Made by a program: the position numbers and the translations under genes. Below the pieces are notes generated by a model. That model was not told the origin of the DNA. It ran no database searches and saw only the letters and a list, made by a program, of their open reading frames with translations. Shown here one piece after another: positions 26,537 to 36,460 of a DNA stretch of 64,000 nucleotides. Numbering within the stretch: the first letter of the stretch is position 1; every line of letters starts with the position of its first letter. Source of the stretch: Ruminococcus sp. (GTDB lineage: Bacteria; Bacillota; Clostridia; Oscillospirales; Ruminococcaceae). The stretch spans positions 4,626 to 68,625 of the forward strand of contig JAFUQX010000063.1 in the NCBI GenBank assembly GCA_017472145.1, written 5' to 3'.

Positions 26537-28990
26537 ATGAGACCAACAAAGCTGACAGCGTTTTTCCTGGCTGCTGTTATGGGTGCAATGTCCATGGAAA
26601 ATGTACCTGCATCCGGTGAGGAAGCTTCTTCGCTTCTGGATTCCGGCATCAGCTATACAGAATCCACAGAGACCATCCAGAATCCTGGTGCAGGCTATTC
26701 CAGCACGCTCTGGTATTCCTGCAAGCCCGGCGATACGCCTGTATATAACCCTACAGGAAATCTGATGCTGATTCTCGTGGATATCGGGGGCTTTTCCAGC
26801 GGTGTGAACGGCACAACGGACGAGGAGGGAAATTACACTCCTGGCACAGACTATGACCTGGACGAGACCTTTTTCACCAATCTCCGCAAGACCTTGCAGC
26901 ACGCCCGTGAGAATGGGTGTACCATCGCACTGCGTTTCCGGTATGATGCCAATGGCTATCTGAATCCAGAGCCGGCTACCTATGATAAAATGGTAGAGCA
27001 CATTCGCCAGATCGAAGCAGACGGCCTTCTGGAGGACTATAAGGATATCCTGGCCTTTGTGGAATCGGGCTTTGTGGGCAGCTGGGGCGAGCACTGGGGC
27101 GGCAAATACTGTTCCTTCGAGGACAAGGCCCGACTCCTTGATCTTCTGCTGGAGGTCGTACCGGAGGAGATCCCTGTTACAGTCCGAACGCCTCTGACCT
27201 TTACCACATGGGCTGGAATCGAATATGAGGATATCGATGAATATATCGCAGAACCGGGCAGTGAGGCCGCCCGTGTATGTCTCTATAATGATGGTTATAT
27301 GGGCTCAAACTCGGATCTGGGCACCTATCATGACCGGGAGCGGGATCTGAAATGGGTTGCCCGTCAGAGTATTACCAGTTACTATGGAGGTGAATTTTCC
27401 GGAAATCTGGAGTTCGCCCAGCAGTATGATACCTATCTCCCGGAAAATGCCATTCCAGAGATGTACCAGACGCACCTGAGCTATATCAACTCCAATATCT
27501 ATCAGCTGTATAAGGACTATACCTTCGGAGCGGAATATGATTTGGAGGGTGTGGACAACAGTGCCTACTACGGAGAAACGGTGTGGAAGTTTATGCGTGA
27601 CCATCTGGGCTACCGATTCGTGGTAAGGGATTCGGATCTGAGCGGCGAGGTGGAGCAGGGCGGTATCCTGACCCTTCAGGCGGACATTGAAAATACCGGC
27701 TTTGCCAATCCCATCATGGAGCAGAAGGCCCAGCTGATTCTGGAGAAGGATGGAAACTATATCTGCACCGAGGTGGATGTGGACACAAGACAGTGGTATT
27801 CCTGTACCACGGTCTCTCCGGAGTTTCAGATGAAGCTGCCGGGCGGCCTTGAGCCAGGTGCGTGGAATGTCTATTTCAAGCTGTCGGTGGGAGACAATAC
27901 ATTGAATCAGGCTGCCATGCGTTCTGTACAGTTTGCAAATGACGGAACGTGGAGCGCCGCTCTTGGTGCAAACTATATGGGCCGCTTTACAGTAACAGAA
28001 TCAGATGATGCCGCACAGCGGACGGACGGGGCCTTTTATCAGGTGAATGCGGAAAATTCTGTTGCACAATCGGACGGGGAAATGTATACGGTAAATGAGA
28101 TCGCTTCTGCGGATGGTGTGATGACCACAGCTTCTGAGCGTGACGAGTCCCTGAAATATGACGAGACGGACACTGGCAATACCCTTTACGTCACCAATGA
28201 TGAAAAGTATCTCTATGTCATGGCTGAGATCCACCATGAAGCCGCCGCTCCTGTGTATAACCTGAAGATTAAAAATACAAACACAAATAAGGAATACTGG
28301 CTTTATTATCAGGGAAATGGCTTTATTTATTTTAACAACGGCACACCTTATGGCTGTATACAGAAGCACAGCGGCAGCACGGTAGAGTTCCGGATCCCCA
28401 TGGGTGAGCTGTGCGGACTTGAACCTGGTGCGGTGCTTTCCAATATTCGTGTGGCCATTCAGGATGAGAAAAATTCCTGGACAAATGTGGGCGAGGTAAA
28501 CTCCGGCGAGTATATCGTCTCCGGGAACTTCAACGTTTACACGGCCAAGCAGCGTGTTTATCTCACCGAGGGTGAAAGCCGGAGTCTGCATGTCCGTACC
28601 ATGGCCGAGGGGCTTACCTGCCAATGGCTGAAGGATGGCGTGCCCATCGAAGGTGCAGTGGGTACGGAATATAGGCTGACTGCGGCGGCTGAAAGCAAGG
28701 GCCTGTATTCTGTGGAAATCACATCTGAAAGCGGTGTGACCAGGACCGTGGAGGTCTGTGAGGTGCTGGATATATTTGGCGCTGCGGTTCGGGGCGATGT
28801 GAATCAGGACGGAGCATTTTCCCTTCTGGATGCCGTAATGCTTCAGAAATATCTTGCTGCCGCAGAGGATCTCTCACAGGCACAGAAAATCGCAGGAGAT
28901 ATGGATGAAAACGGCTGTGTGAATATTTTTGATTTATCCATGATGAAGGCGCAGCTTGCTGCTGACAGTCAATCAGAAAGGAATGTGTAA
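26537..28990 (+). CDS. Dockerin-containing putative glycoside hydrolase (DUF4874/DUF4832-like), paralog 1
   Basis: Signal peptide. Motifs FVESGFVGSWGEHWGGKY, YNDGYMGSNSDLGTY, YYGETVWKFMRDHLGYRFVV. C-terminal dockerin (GDVNQDGAFSLLDAVMLQ...DMDENGCVNIFDLSMMK). The family name is from memory. Confidence 0.7.
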   Translation: MRPTKLTAFFLAAVMGAMSMENVPASGEEASSLLDSGISYTESTETIQNPGAGYSSTLWYSCKPGDTPVYNPTGNLMLILVDIGGFSSGVNGTTDEEGNYTPGTDYDLDETFFTNLRKTLQHARENGCTIALRFRYDANGYLNPEPATYDKMVEHIRQIEADGLLEDYKDILAFVESGFVGSWGEHWGGKYCSFEDKARLLDLLLEVVPEEIPVTVRTPLTFTTWAGIEYEDIDEYIAEPGSEAARVCLYNDGYMGSNSDLGTYHDRERDLKWVARQSITSYYGGEFSGNLEFAQQYDTYLPENAIPEMYQTHLSYINSNIYQLYKDYTFGAEYDLEGVDNSAYYGETVWKFMRDHLGYRFVVRDSDLSGEVEQGGILTLQADIENTGFANPIMEQKAQLILEKDGNYICTEVDVDTRQWYSCTTVSPEFQMKLPGGLEPGAWNVYFKLSVGDNTLNQAAMRSVQFANDGTWSAALGANYMGRFTVTESDDAAQRTDGAFYQVNAENSVAQSDGEMYTVNEIASADGVMTTASERDESLKYDETDTGNTLYVTNDEKYLYVMAEIHHEAAAPVYNLKIKNTNTNKEYWLYYQGNGFIYFNNGTPYGCIQKHSGSTVEFRIPMGELCGLEPGAVLSNIRVAIQDEKNSWTNVGEVNSGEYIVSGNFNVYTAKQRVYLTEGESRSLHVRTMAEGLTCQWLKDGVPIEGAVGTEYRLTAAAESKGLYSVEITSESGVTRTVEVCEVLDIFGAAVRGDVNQDGAFSLLDAVMLQKYLAAAEDLSQAQKIAGDMDENGCVNIFDLSMMKAQLAADSQSERNV

Positions 28991-28991
28991 T

Positions 28992-31988
28992 ATGAAAATG
29001 ATGAAAAGAATCGGAGCAGGGGCACTCAGTGCGGTTCTGGCTTTGTGCAGTATGGGGAATGTTTCTCTCATTCTTCCGGCCGATGCAGTGGATGAACTGA
29101 AGGACGCCGGACTCAATTATACAGAATCTACAGAGTATGATCTTGGCTCCTGTGACAGCGGTTATACCTCCACTCCATGGATACGGGCCGAGCCGGGGAA
29201 GAACTGGTCGACTGCCGTAACCCGATACTCTCTGCTGCTCATCGGGATCGGCGGCTATTCCTCTGCTATGAATGCCGACGGCGTGGATTATGACTTCGAT
29301 GAGATCTTTTTCACAAGCCTGGAAAACACCCTCAAGAGCGCAAAGCAGAATGGTGCGACCGTAGGCATCCGTTTCCGATATGATGACAATGGAACCAGCA
29401 ATCCTGAGCCTGCGGATTTTGCGCAGGTGCTCCGTCATATCGAGCAGATCGGAGAGAGCGGTCTTCTTGAGAAATATGAGGAGGTAATCTCCTTTATTGA
29501 AACAGGCTTTGTAGGCTGCTGGGGTGAGCAGTGGGGCGGAAAATACACCTCTCTGGAGCACAAGTCTCAGGTGCTTTCTGCCTTTATGGATATCACGCCT
29601 TTGTTTATTCCGCTGGTTGTCCGCACACCCAATATTTTCCGTCAGTGGCTGAAGGAGAACTGCGGCATTGAAACTACCGCTGCGGATATGAGCTATTCCA
29701 TTGAGGATCCGGAGCTTGCGGCTCAGGCTGCCCGTGTGGGTCTCTATAATGACGGCTATATGGGTTCCGATTCCGATCTTGGCACCTATTCCAACCGGGC
29801 GGGAGAGACCGCATGGCTTCATACAGCTCCGGCCTATGGCGGTGAGTTTTCCGGCAATGATGAATGGAGACTGAAATATACCACATGGCAGCCGGAATAT
29901 GCGCTCCCGGAAATGTACTACACCAATCTGCTCCGCATCAACAGCAATATCTACCGGACACGGACCGTCAGCTCCAGCTATGCCACCCAGGAGGAGGCAC
30001 AGACCCGTCTGGATGAGATCGATGCGCTTTATGAGGCAGCCGGTCTGGGTGACTATGACTATAGCGGTACGATCGAACAGGCTGAGGACGGTACATATAA
30101 GGCCAGCTGGAAATGGATGGGCTACGATGATTTTATCTTTGATGAGACTCTGGATGAAAAGCTGGGTGTTTCCTGCGACAATAGCGCATTCTATGGGCAG
30201 ACTGTGTGGCAGTTTATGCGTGCCCATCTGGGCTATCGATTTGTCCTGCGTTCCAGTGCCATGAGTGAATCGGCCGGGCCGGGCGAAGCTTTCACTATGC
30301 AATTTTCTGTGGAGAATACTGGTTTTTCTGAGACACCCAAGGATAAGGAGGTGGAGGTGCTTCTGACCAATGGCACGATCACCTACACCTATGCTACGGA
30401 CATCAACGCCAGAGACTGGGCCTCTGCTTCGCTCCATGAGGAAACCCTGGAGCTGCGTCTTCCGGAAACCATGCCCGGCGGTGAATGGAAGGTCTATCTG
30501 CGCATCTCTGAGGAGAATGCGGATGCTGCGGATGATGCGCTTCTGGCCACACGTTTTGCCAATGCAGAGCTGCAATATGATGAGACCCTGAGTGCAAACT
30601 ATATGGGCAGCGTTACGGTTTCCGGCGAGCAGGATACAGCCAAGGCTCCCGCAGAGGATACCCGTGTCGCTGGCTATTACATGGATTCCGACCCGATTGC
30701 CATTGATGAGGAGAATGCTGTAAATCTCCTGGACCAGACCTATGTGTACGCTGAGGACGGACACTATGGCTTTACCTTCCTCTATAAAATGGAGGGGATT
30801 ACCGAACCGCTCCAGCTGGGCAACTTGTATGCAGCCTTTACGGTTTCCACTACAGGCTACAGCAGCGCATATACTACCTATGGCCTCAACACACGCAATC
30901 AGGAGCTGACCGAGGATGGTTACTATGCCCTGCACGTTCCATTCTATGGCTGTGCTTTCAACTGCACAGAAGCCTCCGTGGGCGGAACGACCAAGCTGAC
31001 CGCCCTTAATATCAACGACGGCCGCAACTATTGGAGTGAGGACACCTTCACAGAGCTGGGTAATAATACCGGTGTTTCCATTACCCCCATTGCTTTTCTG
31101 GAGGGCGGACATGAGGGCTATGAGGTGACCTTCCATCTTCCGGACGGAGACAAAACCTATAGCGGAACCTACGGCTTTGAGGACAAGCTTTCTCAGACGA
31201 TCCGGAATATTTCTGTCGTTCCGGCCCTCTCTCTGCTGGATGCAGACTGTGCAGAGCAATATACTGATGAGCAGGGGAATGTGCATAAGCTCCTCGGCTT
31301 TACCACAAGAGAAGGGGACAAGAGCTGTCTCATCGATGAAAATTTCATCCCGGCTGGCAATGTTCATCTCTACCCCTATTATGAGCTAGACAGAGCGGCA
31401 TCGGATCTGAATCAGCTGACCCATGTACTTGTAAACAATGCAGACGACCAGGGGGTGCGCTATATTCTGGATGACGCCACCATGACCGCCTCTGTAGGAG
31501 ACGGAAGTGCATGGGAAAATAACAGCGGCTATTCTGCGGCTGGAAGCATTATTCTTCCGGGCTATGTAACCTCCGGCGACCAGACCTACAAGGTGACCTC
31601 TATCGGCGCCAATGCCTTCGGCTCCAATCCATCGGCAGCGGATGTGACCATTCCTTCTTCCATTACAGAAATCGGCGAAAATGCGTTCTATTCGGGTACA
31701 GTGCTCTATGTGTATGCGGGCAGCACAGCGGCCGATCTTTTAAAGGGCTGCGCCAATGAGATTCGCTTCCTGGAAGCAGCTTGTGTTCCAGGAGATGTAA
31801 ATCAGGATGGCTGTGTCAATGTCTTTGATCTGTCACAAATGAAGCAGATCATCCATTCCGGTGATAGTGCAGTTTCTTCAGAGAAAACGGCATCTGATCT
31901 GAACGGGGACGGGCAGGTCACAGCGGCCGATGCAAGCATTCTTCAGCAGTATCTGGTTGGAAAGCGTCCGTCTCTTTCTGCATCATAA
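28992..31988 (+). CDS. Dockerin-containing putative glycoside hydrolase (DUF4874/DUF4832-like) with an LRR segment, paralog 2
   Basis: Same motif set as paralog 1 (FIETGFVGCWGEQWGGKY, YNDGYMGSDSDLGTY, FYGQTVWQFMRAHLGYRFVL). It adds a BspA-type leucine-rich repeat segment (YKVTSIGANAFG...IPSSITEIGENAFY) and a C-terminal dockerin. ATG at 28992 lies 1 nt after the upstream stop. Confidence 0.7.
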   Translation: MKMMKRIGAGALSAVLALCSMGNVSLILPADAVDELKDAGLNYTESTEYDLGSCDSGYTSTPWIRAEPGKNWSTAVTRYSLLLIGIGGYSSAMNADGVDYDFDEIFFTSLENTLKSAKQNGATVGIRFRYDDNGTSNPEPADFAQVLRHIEQIGESGLLEKYEEVISFIETGFVGCWGEQWGGKYTSLEHKSQVLSAFMDITPLFIPLVVRTPNIFRQWLKENCGIETTAADMSYSIEDPELAAQAARVGLYNDGYMGSDSDLGTYSNRAGETAWLHTAPAYGGEFSGNDEWRLKYTTWQPEYALPEMYYTNLLRINSNIYRTRTVSSSYATQEEAQTRLDEIDALYEAAGLGDYDYSGTIEQAEDGTYKASWKWMGYDDFIFDETLDEKLGVSCDNSAFYGQTVWQFMRAHLGYRFVLRSSAMSESAGPGEAFTMQFSVENTGFSETPKDKEVEVLLTNGTITYTYATDINARDWASASLHEETLELRLPETMPGGEWKVYLRISEENADAADDALLATRFANAELQYDETLSANYMGSVTVSGEQDTAKAPAEDTRVAGYYMDSDPIAIDEENAVNLLDQTYVYAEDGHYGFTFLYKMEGITEPLQLGNLYAAFTVSTTGYSSAYTTYGLNTRNQELTEDGYYALHVPFYGCAFNCTEASVGGTTKLTALNINDGRNYWSEDTFTELGNNTGVSITPIAFLEGGHEGYEVTFHLPDGDKTYSGTYGFEDKLSQTIRNISVVPALSLLDADCAEQYTDEQGNVHKLLGFTTREGDKSCLIDENFIPAGNVHLYPYYELDRAASDLNQLTHVLVNNADDQGVRYILDDATMTASVGDGSAWENNSGYSAAGSIILPGYVTSGDQTYKVTSIGANAFGSNPSAADVTIPSSITEIGENAFYSGTVLYVYAGSTAADLLKGCANEIRFLEAACVPGDVNQDGCVNVFDLSQMKQIIHSGDSAVSSEKTASDLNGDGQVTAADASILQQYLVGKRPSLSAS

Positions 31989-32003
31989 TAAGTCATACGT
32001 ATA

Positions 32004-32044
32004 AAAAGGGCTGCTGCTCCGCAATATGGAACAGCAGCCCTTTA
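32004..32044. terminator. Bidirectional terminator
   Basis: Stem GGGCTGCTGCTCC / GGAACAGCAGCCC flanked by A- and T-runs, between convergent genes. Confidence 0.65.
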
Positions 32045-32050
32045 TCAGCT

Positions 32051-33520
32051 TTATTGATATTTTGGTTCGCAGGTGAGATTCACACCCAGCCGCTTGAAAA
32101 TTCTCTCATCCACCGGGGAGAGGATCACAGTGGAATGCACCTCACAGCCCCGGAGCTTTTCGATCTGCTCCATGGCACACCTGGCTTCCTCACTTGTTGC
32201 TGCACAGATAGACAGTGCAATGAGGGTCTCATCCGTATGCAGCCGGGGGTTCTGATTTCCCAGATGCTGCACCTTCAGATTCTGAATCGGCTCAATAACC
32301 TGAGGAGACATGAGCAGGGACGAGTCCTTGATTCCTCCGAAATATTTCAGAGCATTCAGCAGAAGAGCTGATGCCGCACCCAGCAGACCAGAGGTTCGTC
32401 CTGTGAGGATCGTACCATCCGGAAGCTCCATAGCGGCCGCCGGAGCACCTGTTTCCTGTTCACGCTCTAGAGCGGCTGCCACTACTTTGCGGTCAGCTGT
32501 AGTAACCCCAGCCTGATTCATCAGCAGCTCCAGCTTAAAGATCTCATCCTCCTGCACGGAGCCAGCCTTATGGCCGCACTGAGCCACATAATAACGGCGG
32601 ATGATTTCCTGACGGGAGGCCTCGCACACCGCCTCGTCATCGATGATGCAGTTTCCGGCCATATTCACGCCCATATCAGTCGGAGATTTGTAGGGAGACT
32701 CGCCCAGAATTTTCTCGAACATCGCATTCAGTACCGGAAAGATCTCCACATCCCGGTTGTAATTTACCGTAGTTTCGCCATAGGCCTCCAGATGGAAGGG
32801 GTCGATCATATTCACATCATTGAGATCGGATGTTGCAGCCTCATAGGCGATATTCACCGGATGCCGCAGCGGGATATTCCAGATGGGAAAGGTCTCAAAC
32901 TTTGCGTAGCCGGCGTTGATACTGCGTTTATGCTCGTGATAGAGCTGAGAAAGGCAGGTAGCCATTTTGCCGCTGCCCGGTCCGGGGGCTGTAATAACAA
33001 CAAGACGTCGGGAGGTTTCAATATAGTCGTTCCGGCCGTAGCCCTCATCACTCATAATCAGCTTGAGATTGGAGGGATATCCATTGATATGGTAGTGATG
33101 GTATACCTTCACGCCCAGCGCCTCCAGACGGCTCTGGAAGGCATCGGCCGAGGGCTGTCCTGCATATTGAGTAAGGACAACGCTGCTGACATAAAGACCG
33201 ATCTGCGAGAAAATATGGAAAAGACGAATGACATCTACATCATAGGTAATGCCCAGGTCGCCGCGCACCTTATTTTTCTCAATATCATTCGAGTTGATAA
33301 CAATTACGATTTCCGCTTCATCCTTCAGCTGAAGAAGCATCTGGAGCTTACTGTCTGGCTTGAATCCAGGAAGGACTCTCGATGCATGAAAATCATCAAA
33401 CAGCTTTCCGCCGAATTCCAGATACAGCTTATCACCGAACTGGGAAATACGTTTTCTGATATGCTCAGACTGCATTTTCAGATATTGATCGTTGTCAAAT
33501 CCGATTTTATTACTGCTCAT
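32051..33520 (-). CDS. UPF0371 / DUF1846 family protein
   Basis: MSSNKIGFDNDQYLKMQSEHIRKRI..FGDKLYLEFGGKLFDDFHASRVLPGF is the characteristic DUF1846 N-terminus. The 489-aa length fits. Confidence 0.8.
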   Translation of the reverse strand: MSSNKIGFDNDQYLKMQSEHIRKRISQFGDKLYLEFGGKLFDDFHASRVLPGFKPDSKLQMLLQLKDEAEIVIVINSNDIEKNKVRGDLGITYDVDVIRLFHIFSQIGLYVSSVVLTQYAGQPSADAFQSRLEALGVKVYHHYHINGYPSNLKLIMSDEGYGRNDYIETSRRLVVITAPGPGSGKMATCLSQLYHEHKRSINAGYAKFETFPIWNIPLRHPVNIAYEAATSDLNDVNMIDPFHLEAYGETTVNYNRDVEIFPVLNAMFEKILGESPYKSPTDMGVNMAGNCIIDDEAVCEASRQEIIRRYYVAQCGHKAGSVQEDEIFKLELLMNQAGVTTADRKVVAAALEREQETGAPAAAMELPDGTILTGRTSGLLGAASALLLNALKYFGGIKDSSLLMSPQVIEPIQNLKVQHLGNQNPRLHTDETLIALSICAATSEEARCAMEQIEKLRGCEVHSTVILSPVDERIFKRLGVNLTCEPKYQ

Positions 33521-33670
33521 TCTTACGCTTACCTCCGAACATCAAATTTCACCATTACTAAGTATATAACAAATCGCTTTGAATTGCAAGGGCTATTGCT
33601 CAATTTTCAAAAATATTTTTGAAAATAACCAGTTTCGGGGAAAGAAATATCAAATCAAAGCGGAGGAATG

Positions 33671-33699
33671 AAAAAGACTGCCGCCGGAGCGACAGTCTT
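33671..33699 (-). terminator. Intrinsic terminator after the GNAT gene
   Basis: Stem AAGACTG / CAGTCTT with a T-run on the minus strand. Confidence 0.5.
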
Positions 33700-33710
33700 A
33701 CTTATGATGT

Positions 33711-34130
33711 TTATAGGACCTTGATCATTGTTACATGAGGGCAGCCTTGATCCAGATGAAGATCTTCAGTCAAAGAGTAGCCGATTTTCTCATAGAATCC
33801 GGAGGCCTGGCACTGAGCAGAGAGGGAGATACATTTCGCTCCCAGCTCCCTGGCCTTCTTTTCCAGCTCCGTCATGACAATGCGTCCCACATGCATTTTG
33901 CGGTATTCCTTCAGAACCGCCACACGTCCGATGTGATAGATTCCATCGATTCCGGAAAAGACTCTCCCTGTTGCAACGGCCTTGTCTCCATCCAGCACGA
34001 TCACATGCCATGCACGGGCATCCACCTCATCAAATTCCTCCTGAAATCCCTGTTCATTCACAAATACCTCTGTGCGTATTTTCCGGGACTCCTCTGTCAG
34101 ATAGTGAAATAAACGAACCTGATGCTCCAT
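33711..34130 (-). CDS. GNAT-family N-acetyltransferase
   Basis: 139 aa. Acetyl-CoA motif region RVAVLKEYRKMHVGRIVMTELEKKARELG. Confidence 0.85.
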   Translation of the reverse strand: MEHQVRLFHYLTEESRKIRTEVFVNEQGFQEEFDEVDARAWHVIVLDGDKAVATGRVFSGIDGIYHIGRVAVLKEYRKMHVGRIVMTELEKKARELGAKCISLSAQCQASGFYEKIGYSLTEDLHLDQGCPHVTMIKVL

Positions 34131-34855
34131 TACAGCACCTTGGAAAGGAATTCCCTGAGTCTGGGATTCTTCGGATTTTCAAAGAATTCCCTGGGACTGT
34201 TTTCCTCTACGATTTTACCGCCGTCCATGAACATGACACGGGAAGCCACCTCACGGGCAAAGCCCATCTCGTGGGTCACTACGATCATCGTCATGCCCTC
34301 GGCCGCCAGCTCACGCATCAGCTCCAGAACCTCTCCCACCATCTCAGGGTCGAGTGCAGAAGTCGGCTCATCAAAGAGCATCACATCCGGATTCATGGCA
34401 AGGGCCCGTGCGATCGCAATGCGCTGCTTCTGTCCGCCGGAGAGCTGGTTGGGATACTGATTGGCTTTATCCGAAAGCCCGACCTTTTTCAGAAGCTCCG
34501 CCGCCTTTTCATCGGCTTCAGACTGTGTCATGATCTTCAGCTTCACGGGAGCAAGCGTAATATTCTTCTGGATGGTCAGGTGAGGGAACAGGTGAAAATG
34601 CTGGAACACCATACCCATCTTTTCACGAACCGCATAGAGCTGTTTATCAGAGACCCTTGTCAGGTCCTGTCCTTCAAAGAGAATCGAGCCGGAGGTAGGT
34701 GTCTCCAGGCGGTTGAGACACCGCAGGAAGGTGCTTTTGCCCGAACCGGACGGCCCGATGATAACAACCTTTTCCCCCTTCTGAATGGTCGTGTCGATTC
34801 CCTTCAGGATATGCAGCTTTCCAAAATATTTATTCAGTCCATTAACCTCGATCAC
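34130..34855 (-). CDS. Amino-acid ABC transporter ATP-binding protein
   Basis: [35 protein letters not shown]; GlnQ/ArtP-like. Confidence 0.9.
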   Translation of the reverse strand: MIEVNGLNKYFGKLHILKGIDTTIQKGEKVVIIGPSGSGKSTFLRCLNRLETPTSGSILFEGQDLTRVSDKQLYAVREKMGMVFQHFHLFPHLTIQKNITLAPVKLKIMTQSEADEKAAELLKKVGLSDKANQYPNQLSGGQKQRIAIARALAMNPDVMLFDEPTSALDPEMVGEVLELMRELAAEGMTMIVVTHEMGFAREVASRVMFMDGGKIVEENSPREFFENPKNPRLREFLSKVL

Positions 34856-35543
34856 TCTTGCCGAGCCTCCTTTCCAGCTTGGTTACCAGTGCGCTGAGGA
34901 TCATAACCATGATCAGGTAGATCACAGCGACTGCGATCAGAGGCAGAAATGCCTCATACGTATTGCTCCGAATGATATCGCCGCCCTTGGTCAGGTCGTT
35001 CAGTGCGATATAGCCCGAAACGGAGGTTTCCTTCAGCAGAACAATAAATTCATTGGCCAGGGCCGGCAGAACATTCTTAAAGGCCTGAGGGAGGATGATC
35101 TGGATCATGGTCTTTCTGTAATTGAGTCCCAGGCTCATACCGGCTTCAAACTGTCCATTGTCGATGGACATAATACCAGAGCGGACGATTTCTGCCACAT
35201 AAGCCGCTGAGTTCAGACCAAAGGCCAGCACAGCCACAAATACCTTGTCAATATTCACCGAGGCAAAGATAACAAAATAGATGATCAGCAGCTGGACCAC
35301 GACCGGTGTGCCGCGGATGACTGTGAGATAAATCCTGGCCAGTACATTGAGAAAACGGAACTTTCCGGTCTTGTCGTGGGTCGCACGGACGATGGCAATG
35401 AGAAAGCCCAGCACCATGCCGAAAATAACCGCAAAAAAGGTGATCAGCAGAGTTGTCCTGAGACCATCGGCCAGATAGAGCCAGCGGTTTTCCTCAATGA
35501 AGGTAGAGTAAAACTTGTCAGCAAAATTCTGTATAAATTCCAA
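34842..35543 (-). CDS. Amino-acid ABC transporter permease
   Basis: Polar amino-acid permease pattern (His/Glu/Gln/Arg family) with multiple TM helices. Overlaps the ATPase gene. Confidence 0.9.
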   Translation of the reverse strand: MEFIQNFADKFYSTFIEENRWLYLADGLRTTLLITFFAVIFGMVLGFLIAIVRATHDKTGKFRFLNVLARIYLTVIRGTPVVVQLLIIYFVIFASVNIDKVFVAVLAFGLNSAAYVAEIVRSGIMSIDNGQFEAGMSLGLNYRKTMIQIILPQAFKNVLPALANEFIVLLKETSVSGYIALNDLTKGGDIIRSNTYEAFLPLIAVAVIYLIMVMILSALVTKLERRLGKSDRG

Positions 35544-35564
35544 AGTAAAGCTCCTCTCCGGGAC

Positions 35565-36350
35565 TTAGTCCTTGCGGACGATGATCACCTGTGTGGAGGT
35601 GGCATAGCCCTGTGTAAAGGAGACATTCTTCAGACGATCCTCTGTAACCGTCAGACCGGCCACGCCAACATCAGCCTTTCCGGAATCCACCGCAGCAATG
35701 ATGGAATCAAAAGCCATATTCTCAATCTGAAGCTCCATGCCCAGAATATCACATACTGCATTCATCATATCCACATCAACGCCTACGACCTCGCCGTTTT
35801 CCATGCTCTCATAGGGCGGGAATTCTGCATTGGTGGCCATAACCAGTGTTCCCTGATCACGGACAACACTTTCGTCCGGCACATAGGAAACCATATCCGC
35901 CTCATCGCCGATCCAATGGGAAACGATCTCATCCAGCGTACCGTCCTCCTTCAGCTGAGTCAGTGCCGCATCCAGCTTTTCACCCAGCTCATCATTGCCC
36001 TTCTTGTAGGCAATGGCATATTCCTCCTGTACAAAAGGATCGTCCAGGATCATGAGTGTATCATTCTTGTCTACAAAAACCTTGGCCGGCTCGCTGTCGA
36101 TGATCACAGCGTCCACCTTACCCTGCTTCAGCGCCTGAATGGCGTCTGCGCCCTTATTATACGGTTCAACAGTTGCATTCTCGATCTCATCACTTGCATA
36201 AATATAGCCTGTTGTACCCAGTTGCGTGCCGATGGTTTTTCCAGGGAGATCATCAATGCTGAACACCGTGTTGGGTGCCGGACCGCCGCATCCGGTCAGC
36301 GCAGTACAAAGCAAAGCGCCGGCCGCCAATAATGCAATTTTATTCTTCAT
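35565..36350 (-). CDS. Amino-acid ABC transporter substrate-binding lipoprotein
   Basis: Lipobox LLCTALTGCGG and an SBP family 3 pattern. Start trimmed to MKNKIALL (ATG at 36350). Confidence 0.85.
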   Translation of the reverse strand: MKNKIALLAAGALLCTALTGCGGPAPNTVFSIDDLPGKTIGTQLGTTGYIYASDEIENATVEPYNKGADAIQALKQGKVDAVIIDSEPAKVFVDKNDTLMILDDPFVQEEYAIAYKKGNDELGEKLDAALTQLKEDGTLDEIVSHWIGDEADMVSYVPDESVVRDQGTLVMATNAEFPPYESMENGEVVGVDVDMMNAVCDILGMELQIENMAFDSIIAAVDSGKADVGVAGLTVTEDRLKNVSFTQGYATSTQVIIVRKD

Positions 36351-36460
36351 AATATACATTCCTTTCGTTTCTGCAAGCAGAAAATAGATAGAATTTATTA
36401 TACCAAATCCGCTTCTTTTATACAAGAGCTATTTTATGAACGATGAAAATATACAGCAAA

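Noticed and set aside
28719-31367. 882-aa minus-strand ORF antisense to the DUF4832-like paralog
   Set aside because: Same reasoning as above. The plus strand encodes a signal peptide, paralogous motifs and a dockerin, while the antisense frame has no motifs. Similar antisense ORFs at 785-1579, 1937-3133, 5830-6894, 9633-10682, 25463-27094, 32570-33622, 40622-42082, 43355-44281, 47779-48747, 58793-59842 and 61494-62702 were dismissed for the same reason.
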